DNA from: an uncultured delta proteobacterium
GTDB taxonomy: Bacteria > Desulfobacterota > Desulfobacteria > Desulfobacterales > JAFDCJ01
DNA: 64,000 nucleotides
Assembly (NCBI GenBank): GCA_963769935.1
Contig: CAVYNY010000028.1
Span: 32,001 to 96,000, forward strand
Direction of reading: 5' to 3'
Part shown: piece by piece, positions 57,224 through 64,000 of the stretch
How the letters are laid out: the number at the start of each line of letters is the position of its first letter
How positions within the stretch are numbered: the first letter of the stretch is position 1
Made by a program: the position numbers and the translations under genes
Notes under the pieces: generated by a model
The model's input: the letters and a program-made list of their open reading frames with translations, nothing else
Databases searched by the model: none
Told to the model about the DNA's origin: nothing

Positions 57224-59140
57224 TCAACTGGCGAAAATATCCAGCGAAAGCGCTCGATTGCGGATGTGCGGCAACACCGTATCCAAAAAGTGCTGATGGG
57301 TCACAGCGTATTGGACATTTCCATCAAGGGTCCTCACCGAGAGCGTGCCGGCCTCTTTTTCCTTGGCGCCGATGGTCAGGATTAAGGGGATATACTGCAA
57401 TTGGGCCTCACGAACTTTTCTGTTAAGGCTCTCGGTGCGACTGTCGACCTCCACCCGCAGTCCGGCCCTTTTTAAAATATCCCGGATTTCCTCGGAATAG
57501 GACACCAGGTCATCGTTGATCGGCAAAATGACGGTCTGCACCGGTGCCATCCACAATGGGAACTTGCCTGCAAAATGCTCGATCAAAATGCCCAAAAAGC
57601 GCTCGATGGATCCGAATATGGTTCGGTGAATCATAATCGGTCGGTGCTTTTCATTATCTTTGTCGATGTAGTAAAGATCGAATCGCTCGGGCTGAGACAT
57701 GTCCAGCTGGATTGTGCCGCATTGCCAGGTCCGGTTCAAGGCATCTTTAATATGCAGATCGATCTTGGGACCGTAAAAGGCGCCGTCGCCTTCGTTTAAC
57801 ACGTAGGGTTTGCCGTAGGCCTTTAAGGCCGAATCAAGGCCGCTGGTGGCCGTTTCCCACTGTTCATCGGTTCCGATGGATTTTTCCGGCCGGGTGGACA
57901 GCTCCAGATTAAAGCCTAAACCGAAGGCACCGTACATTCTTTCTGCCAGATTCAGGATTGCAATGATTTCGGCTTCAATATGCTCGGCTGTCATGTATAA
58001 ATGGGCATCATCCTGGTGGAAAGCTCTGACACGGAAGAGCCCGGAAAGCACACCGCTCAGCTCGTGCCGGTGCACCAGTCCGACCTCGGCCACCCGCAGC
58101 GGCAAATCCCGATAAGAATGCGGCTTGCTCTTGTAGACCAGCATTCCGCCCGGACAGTTCATCGGCTTGATGGCGTATTCCATTTCGTCAATGACGGAAG
58201 TATACATGTTTTCACGGTAATTTTCCCAGTGCCCGGAACGCTCCCACAAAGCACGATTTAACATAATCGGGGTTTTCGATTCCACATATCCGGCATTGCG
58301 GTGCTCTTGGCGCCAGTACTCGAGCAGCGAATTCCATAACTCCATGCCTTTAGGATGAAAAAACGGCATCCCCGGTGCTTCCTCGTGAAAGCTGAAAAGT
58401 TCAAGCGCCTGGCCGATTTTGCGATGGTTTCTTTTCTTGGCCTCTTCCAAAAACGTCAGGTAGTCCTGCAGTTCCTTTTTGTCGAAAAAAGCCGTTCCAT
58501 AAATCCTCTGGAGCTGGGCTTTGGAGGGATCGGCGCGCCAGTAGGCACCTGAAACCTTGATCAGCTTGATGTTTTTGACAAACCCGGTGTGCGGAACATG
58601 AGGCCCGCGACACAGATCGGTAAATTCACCCTGCTCGTAAAATGAGATCGTGCCTTCTGCCAGAGCTGATATCATTTCCAGCTTGTACGGCTCGTCTTTA
58701 TAAAACTGCAACGCCTCGGATTTTGATACTTCTTTGCGCCGGATCGGCAGTTTTTCTTTGACAATTTTCTTAATTTCAGCTTCGATCTTCGGAAAATCTT
58801 CTTCTGAAACCGGTTGCATATCGATGTCGTAGTAAAATCCATCTTCCACGGCCGGGCCGATGGTGAGTTTGGCATCTTGGTATATCCGCAAAATGGCCTG
58901 GGCCATCACATGCGCGGCGCTGTGACGCAAAATATCCAGGGCCTCTTCATCCTTGGAGGTAACCAGTTTTATCTCCGCGTCATGGTCGATGGTGAAGCTA
59001 AGATCCACCAGCTTATCATCCAGTTCCATGGCCACGCAGCTGCGGGCAAGACCATCGGAAATGCTCTGGGCGACATCAAAACCGTTCACCGGGTTTTCAA
59101 AAGACTTTATGTTGCCGTCAGGAAGTGTTATATTTATCAT
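57224..59140 (-). CDS. thrS: Threonine--tRNA ligase
   Basis: TGS domain, RHSAAH, DLCRGPH, KPMNCP, GAFYGPKID, WQCGTIQLD, GSIERF. Confidence 0.98.
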   Translation of the reverse strand: MINITLPDGNIKSFENPVNGFDVAQSISDGLARSCVAMELDDKLVDLSFTIDHDAEIKLVTSKDEEALDILRHSAAHVMAQAILRIYQDAKLTIGPAVEDGFYYDIDMQPVSEEDFPKIEAEIKKIVKEKLPIRRKEVSKSEALQFYKDEPYKLEMISALAEGTISFYEQGEFTDLCRGPHVPHTGFVKNIKLIKVSGAYWRADPSKAQLQRIYGTAFFDKKELQDYLTFLEEAKKRNHRKIGQALELFSFHEEAPGMPFFHPKGMELWNSLLEYWRQEHRNAGYVESKTPIMLNRALWERSGHWENYRENMYTSVIDEMEYAIKPMNCPGGMLVYKSKPHSYRDLPLRVAEVGLVHRHELSGVLSGLFRVRAFHQDDAHLYMTAEHIEAEIIAILNLAERMYGAFGLGFNLELSTRPEKSIGTDEQWETATSGLDSALKAYGKPYVLNEGDGAFYGPKIDLHIKDALNRTWQCGTIQLDMSQPERFDLYYIDKDNEKHRPIMIHRTIFGSIERFLGILIEHFAGKFPLWMAPVQTVILPINDDLVSYSEEIRDILKRAGLRVEVDSRTESLNRKVREAQLQYIPLILTIGAKEKEAGTLSVRTLDGNVQYAVTHQHFLDTVLPHIRNRALSLDIFAS

Positions 59141-59297
59141 TTCAAACCTGCTTTACAAAAGAAAAGTTGATGGAATCAAGGCGGTGATCAAATTTTTCAT
59201 ATTACTACCATTTCCATAATTCAACAATCAAAGATTTGGCTAAACAGCAAATTGTCAACCAAATTAGGCAAAACAAACGCAGGGGTCAAGGAAAAAA

Positions 59298-60443
59298 ATG
59301 AGAGAAACCGGCGAAGTTCATAAAATTATCGATACCTTCGACGCGCTTGAAAACCTGGTCGAAGCGATCGAAAATGAAAAGACCATCGGCGTTGATCTGG
59401 AGGCGGATTCCATGTACCATTTCAAAGAAAAGGTCTGCCTGATCCAGATAGCCTCCCGCGGCATCAATGTGGTCATCGATCCTCTGATGATACAGGACCT
59501 GTCGCCGCTCAAGCCGTTGTTTAAAAAAATGGAAATTCAAAAAATTTTTCACGGCGCCGACTATGATGTCCGTTCCTTATTTCGAGATTTTCGCATTACC
59601 ATCAACAATCTATTTGATACCGAGCTGGCCAGCCGGTTTCTGGGCTATCCGGAAACCAGCCTGGAGGCGGTTCTTAAAAATAAGTTCAAAGTTACCCTGG
59701 ACAAAAAATACCAGCGCAAGGATTGGTCCAAACGTCCGCTGCCGCAGGAGATGATCTCTTATGCGGCCAAGGATGCACGGTATCTGCTGCCTTTGGCTGA
59801 AAGCCTGTCAACCGAACTCGAAAATAAAAACCGCTTGCGCTGGGTCATGGAAGAGTGCGAATACTTAAGCAAGGTCAGGCCGAACACCAACAATACCGAT
59901 CCGCTGTACTTGCATTTTAAAGGCGCCGGCAAGCTCGACTCTCGGAGCCTGGCTGTGCTCGAGTCTCTGCTGCAGTACCGTCGCAGAATTGCCCAAAAAA
60001 AAGATGTGCCCCTGTTCAGAATTTTCAGCAGCTCAACCCTGCTCGAACTGGCCGAAAAAAAACCGCTGAAGCTAAAGAATCTGGCGAATACCGAAATCTT
60101 GAGTCACCGCCAAATCAGCATGTACGGTAGCAGAATAATTCAGACGATCAATGATGCCATGCAGATTGCGCCGAAAAATCTGCCGGTGTATCCGAGAAAA
60201 AAATCACCCAAAGTGCCGCTGGTGGTGGCCGAACGCGTCAAGATCCTAAAACAGTGGCGCGATGCTCGAGCGGCCGAGCTTGCGGTCGATCCTGCTCTGG
60301 TATGCACCAAATCTCTTATCGGCACGATCGCTCTGCAGAAACCCCGAAAAATATCGGATCTGGCCGCAATTCAAGAATTGAAGAACTGGCAGCGCAAGGA
60401 GTTCGGCCATGAGATCGTGCAGTTGATGAATCAATTGCGATAA
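59298..60443 (+). CDS. rnd: Ribonuclease D (3'-5' exonuclease plus HRDC)
   Basis: GVDLEAD, CLIQI, HGADYD, DTELA, DWSKRPL...YAAKD. Confidence 0.92.
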   Translation: MRETGEVHKIIDTFDALENLVEAIENEKTIGVDLEADSMYHFKEKVCLIQIASRGINVVIDPLMIQDLSPLKPLFKKMEIQKIFHGADYDVRSLFRDFRITINNLFDTELASRFLGYPETSLEAVLKNKFKVTLDKKYQRKDWSKRPLPQEMISYAAKDARYLLPLAESLSTELENKNRLRWVMEECEYLSKVRPNTNNTDPLYLHFKGAGKLDSRSLAVLESLLQYRRRIAQKKDVPLFRIFSSSTLLELAEKKPLKLKNLANTEILSHRQISMYGSRIIQTINDAMQIAPKNLPVYPRKKSPKVPLVVAERVKILKQWRDARAAELAVDPALVCTKSLIGTIALQKPRKISDLAAIQELKNWQRKEFGHEIVQLMNQLR

Positions 60444-60537
60444 AAGCCTTGGGGTTATTCTTCGCCCCTTTACGCAGGTCCTATTTCGATTCCGGAATTG
60501 AAAACAAGGATCAGATAGTGGAAGAAGAAATAAGATT

Positions 60538-60840
60538 TTCATTGGATTCGAATCGGTCACCGGTATTGATTGCTTGAAGCTGATTGTGACAGGCAGCCGG
60601 GATGACATAGCTCCGCCGAATCTGATAGAAAAATCCTACCCCCGATGGAATCCGGAGGCAAACTTTGAAGTAATCGTCGGGGCTGATCATTTTTATGGGG
60701 GCTATAAGGCCAAGCTTGAAGAGATATTGACATCGAATCTAAAAAAATTGGGCCGGCCGCCGGCGGTTGAAAAACGGCCCCAACCAACCACAGCTCAGGT
60801 CTTCCGGCAAAAAACACGTTTCGGAAAGATGGATACATGA
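60538..60840 (+). pseudogene. Alpha/beta hydrolase C-terminal remnant
   Basis: LIVTGSRDDIAP...GADHFY; nucleophile region absent. Confidence 0.65.
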
Positions 60841-63266
60841 GGGCAGAGCCAACCATTCAAAAACTGCTGCAGAGGATAAGACAATTGGAAGCAGAACGCA
60901 AGCGTCTGATGAGAAACAGCAGGTCGGATGATGAAAACAGATTGAATTTCTACCAGAACGAAGAAACTCGGCGTCAGAAGTATTTGGAGTCGGTTCTGCA
61001 CAATGCACCGGATGCCGTTGTCACCCTTGACACAGACAATAAAGTCATCGAATGGAACCCGGGTGCCGAAAAAGTATTTGGGTTCAGCCGCGCCGAAGCT
61101 CAAGGCCGTGAACTTGACACGCTCATCTCGGGTCCCGCAAGCGCAGAAGAAGCCCGCCGGTTCACCCACAGCGTCCTTTCGGGTGTTGATTTACCTTCGA
61201 CTGAAACGGTTCGCTATCGGAAAGATGGATCTAAGGTCGATGTGCTGGTAGCTGCATCCCCAATTTACATCGACAGAGAACTGGCGGGTGCTGTGGCACT
61301 ATACACCGATATTTCGGATCGCAAAACTGCGGAAGCGGCCTTGCGGCAGAGTGAGGAGAAATACCGCCTGTTGGTCGAAAACCAGACCGATCTGGTGGTC
61401 AAGGTGGATCTTGACGGCCGGTTTGTGTTTGTGAGCCCGTCTTATTGCACCCTGTTTGACAGGTCCGAACAGGAATTGATCGGACAAAAGTTCATGCCGC
61501 TGGTGCATCCGAAGGACCGCCAAGCTACTTCCCAAATGATGGAAAAGCTCTACCAACCACCCCACAGGGTGCTCCTGGAACAGCGGGCTATGACCAAAGA
61601 CGGCTGGCGCTGGCTTTCCTGGATGCACACCGCCATTTTGGATGAAAACCGGAAGGTGATGGCGATTATCGGCGTCGGCCGGGACATAACCGAACAGAAG
61701 TCGGCCGAAACCGCCCTGCGACAAAGCAGAGAGTTGTTCGATTCATTCATGAAAAATCTGCCGGCCCTGGCGTTCATGAAAGACCGGGACGGCCGCTATA
61801 TCTACTATAACGATGCTTGTGTGAAATTTTTCAATGAATCCATAGATAGCAGACTGGGTAAAACCGATGCGGAGTTGTGGCCGGCGGATATTGCGTCCGA
61901 GCTTTTAAAAAATGACCGCAAAGTCATCCAAGAAGGCAAAATCGTTCGTGTTGTCGAAAAGCTGCGACTGCAGGACAGGATCCAATATAACCTGGTGGTT
62001 AAATTTCCTATTTTGCGTGAGCACAAGCCGCATGTGCTGGCGGGTTTCGCCATCGATATCACTGCCAGAATAAACGCTGAAAAAGAAAGAGAGGCTCTTG
62101 AGGATCAACTGCTGAGAGCCCAGAAGCTGGAGGCCATCGGAACCCTGGCCGGCGGGATCGCCCACGATTTCAACAACATTCTATCGGCAATCTTGGGCTA
62201 CACCGAGCTTGCCCTGGTAAGCCTGGACAACGTTCAACAGCTCAAGGACAATCTGGCCGGTATTCTCAGGGCCGGCAGCCGGGCCAAAGACCTGGTAAAG
62301 CAAATCCTGGCTTTCAGTCGCCAGTCTGAATCGGAAATGAAACCGGTTCAAATAAAACTGATCGTCCAAGAGGTCCAAAAACTCATCCGTGCCTCCCTGC
62401 CTTCAAGCATCGATATCCAGACGCGTCTGGAAAGCGACGCTGCGGTTACGGCCGACCCTGGTCAAATTCACCAGGTTTTAATGAACCTGTGTACAAATGC
62501 AGGCCACGCCATGCGGTCACCCGGCGGTAAACTGGAAATTGTACTCAGCGAGGTGAACATCAGGCCGGAGGCACCGGCCTTGCATCCCGATTTGAAATGC
62601 GGCAATTATCAGAAACTCTCCGTCTGCGATACCGGGCACGGCATCGCGCCCCCTCATCTTGAAAGGATTTTCGATCCTTACTTTACCACCAAAGAGCAAG
62701 GCGAAGGGTCCGGCCTGGGGTTGGCGGTGGTCCAGGGAATCGTCAAGAATCACGGCGGAGTGGTCACGGTTCAGAGCAACCCTGGAAAGGGCACTGAATT
62801 TTGCGTGTATTTGCCCATCGTTGAGATACCCCGGCTGCCGGCCGAGCAGACGACGCCGCAGCAGATTCAAATGGGCAGCGAATCTATACTATTTATTGAT
62901 GATGAAATGACCATCGTCGACATCGCCCAAAACATGCTCCAGCGACTGGGTTACACAACTGTGACCAGATCCAGCAGTGTTGACGCGCTGGAGCTTTTTC
63001 AAAATGCCCCCTACCGTTTTGATCTGGTCATTACCGATGTCACCATGCCCAACATTACCGGCGATGTTCTAGCCAGGCGAATGCGGAAAATACGCAGCGA
63101 TATTCCGATAATAGTGTGCTCCGGCTACAGTGAACGCATCAGTGAAAAGCAAGCCGCCGAGTTGGGGGTGAGTTGTATCCTCAACAAGCCCTTTCTGCTT
63201 AAAGATCTGGCAGCCAGTGTCAGAGCAGCTCTGGATGCCGCCCCCGGAAGCGTGCCGAAAAACTGA
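60837..63266 (+). CDS. Hybrid sensor histidine kinase (3 PAS, HisKA, HATPase, REC)
   Basis: LAGGIAHDFNNIL, QVLMNLCTNA, DTGHG, FTTK...GSGLGL, ILFIDDE...ITDVTMP...KP. Confidence 0.95.
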   Translation: MRAEPTIQKLLQRIRQLEAERKRLMRNSRSDDENRLNFYQNEETRRQKYLESVLHNAPDAVVTLDTDNKVIEWNPGAEKVFGFSRAEAQGRELDTLISGPASAEEARRFTHSVLSGVDLPSTETVRYRKDGSKVDVLVAASPIYIDRELAGAVALYTDISDRKTAEAALRQSEEKYRLLVENQTDLVVKVDLDGRFVFVSPSYCTLFDRSEQELIGQKFMPLVHPKDRQATSQMMEKLYQPPHRVLLEQRAMTKDGWRWLSWMHTAILDENRKVMAIIGVGRDITEQKSAETALRQSRELFDSFMKNLPALAFMKDRDGRYIYYNDACVKFFNESIDSRLGKTDAELWPADIASELLKNDRKVIQEGKIVRVVEKLRLQDRIQYNLVVKFPILREHKPHVLAGFAIDITARINAEKEREALEDQLLRAQKLEAIGTLAGGIAHDFNNILSAILGYTELALVSLDNVQQLKDNLAGILRAGSRAKDLVKQILAFSRQSESEMKPVQIKLIVQEVQKLIRASLPSSIDIQTRLESDAAVTADPGQIHQVLMNLCTNAGHAMRSPGGKLEIVLSEVNIRPEAPALHPDLKCGNYQKLSVCDTGHGIAPPHLERIFDPYFTTKEQGEGSGLGLAVVQGIVKNHGGVVTVQSNPGKGTEFCVYLPIVEIPRLPAEQTTPQQIQMGSESILFIDDEMTIVDIAQNMLQRLGYTTVTRSSSVDALELFQNAPYRFDLVITDVTMPNITGDVLARRMRKIRSDIPIIVCSGYSERISEKQAAELGVSCILNKPFLLKDLAASVRAALDAAPGSVPKN

Positions 63267-63592
63267 TACACGCTGATTTTAGTTTCCAGGAAGGCGCTGC
63301 GCTGAGTAATGCCGGCATTGTTGACGAGGATGTCGATACCGCCGTAAAGCCCGATGATCTGCCTGACGGCCAAATTGCATTCACCTTCATCGGCAACGTC
63401 GCATTTGATGCCCACGGCATCCACACCGCCAGCTTTGAGTTTATCCGCCGCAGCGCGCACGCCATCCACGTCCCGATCCAACAACCCGATCCTGGTCCCC
63501 TCCCGGGAGAATCGCCGGCAGACGGCGGCTCCGATTCCACTGGCGGCACCGGTGACGACGAGCACCTTATTTTTCATGCTCTGGGTGGGCAT
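63267..63592 (-). pseudogene. SDR oxidoreductase, 3' half deleted
   Basis: VTGAASGIG, DILVNNAGI, then runs directly into the antisense end of the kinase gene; no YxxxK. Confidence 0.8.
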
Positions 63593-63659
63593 TTACTCTC
63601 TTGAAACAAATGGTTGGATTTAGCCTGCATAATGAGAATATTATCCAGTATATAGTATA

Positions 63660-63870
63660 GGTTTCAGGTGTCGGGTTTCAGGTTTCAGGTTTCAGCCCGG
63701 TCGCTGGTCGCGGAGCGGCCGGTCTGATCGAAGAGGAAATCCCTCCCAACTCCCTTTTTAGCAAAATGGAGAATCACATTATTATGGCACCTGGGGTGCA
63801 GCTTGGCACATATATCTGTTGTAAAAACACACATAAAATTGCAACCGACTTCAGGCTGACACCTGAAACT
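63660..63870. repeat. Heptamer arms (GGTTTCA)n ... CTGACAC-CTGAAAC around a non-coding core
   Basis: 63660-63695 versus reverse-complementary 63856-63870. Confidence 0.6.
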
Positions 63871-63961
63871 TCATATGAAACTTCCTTAAATTCGATGCCA
63901 TTTTTACGAAGTGTCTCACCGCCGAGTGGAGAGATTAATTTAACTTTTTTTTCTCGGCGTT

Positions 63962-63996
63962 CTCCCACCGGGGCGTAGGCCCTATGGGCCAGAGGC
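63962..63996 (+). repeat. ~35-bp REP-like element
   Basis: Similar to the reverse complement of 53419-53453. Confidence 0.6.
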
Positions 63997-64000
63997 GGCG

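Overview
Bacterial chromosomal window, probably from an anaerobic Desulfobacterota (Desulfobacterales-like) genome or MAG. That assignment is inferred from gene content, selenocysteine use and intergenic repeat style. Left arm (1-20.5 kb), intact genes: a proline racemase-family gene, an ECF sigma/anti-sigma/CpxP-like module ahead of two MacB/LolCDE-type ABC systems with LolA-like and outer-membrane partners, chrA, a GT2 glycosyltransferase, hrpA, a selenocysteine-containing CoA-disulfide reductase/NADH oxidase that the ORF track truncates, and yjbQ. Middle (about 20.5-52 kb), an accessory patchwork: integrase remnants, a DUF4160/DUF2442 pair in an integron-like cassette, a CHASE sensor between ~210-bp direct repeats, and a ~17-kb GntR-linked catabolic island. 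The island holds a sugar ABC importer, two LsrK-like kinases, a C-GCAxxG-C-C protein, SDR/Zn dehydrogenases and a TPP-dependent E1/E2/E3 complex. Nearly every island gene is frameshifted, from either long-read error or decay. Right arm (52-64 kb): qor, a palindromic MITE, a selenocysteine formate dehydrogenase, a VanZ protein, thrS, rnd and a PAS hybrid kinase. Short-period (7-9 nt) repeat tracts recur between genes and inside hrpA. I recognised no rRNA, tRNA, CRISPR array or reverse transcriptase. All family assignments are from motif recognition by eye; no searches were run.
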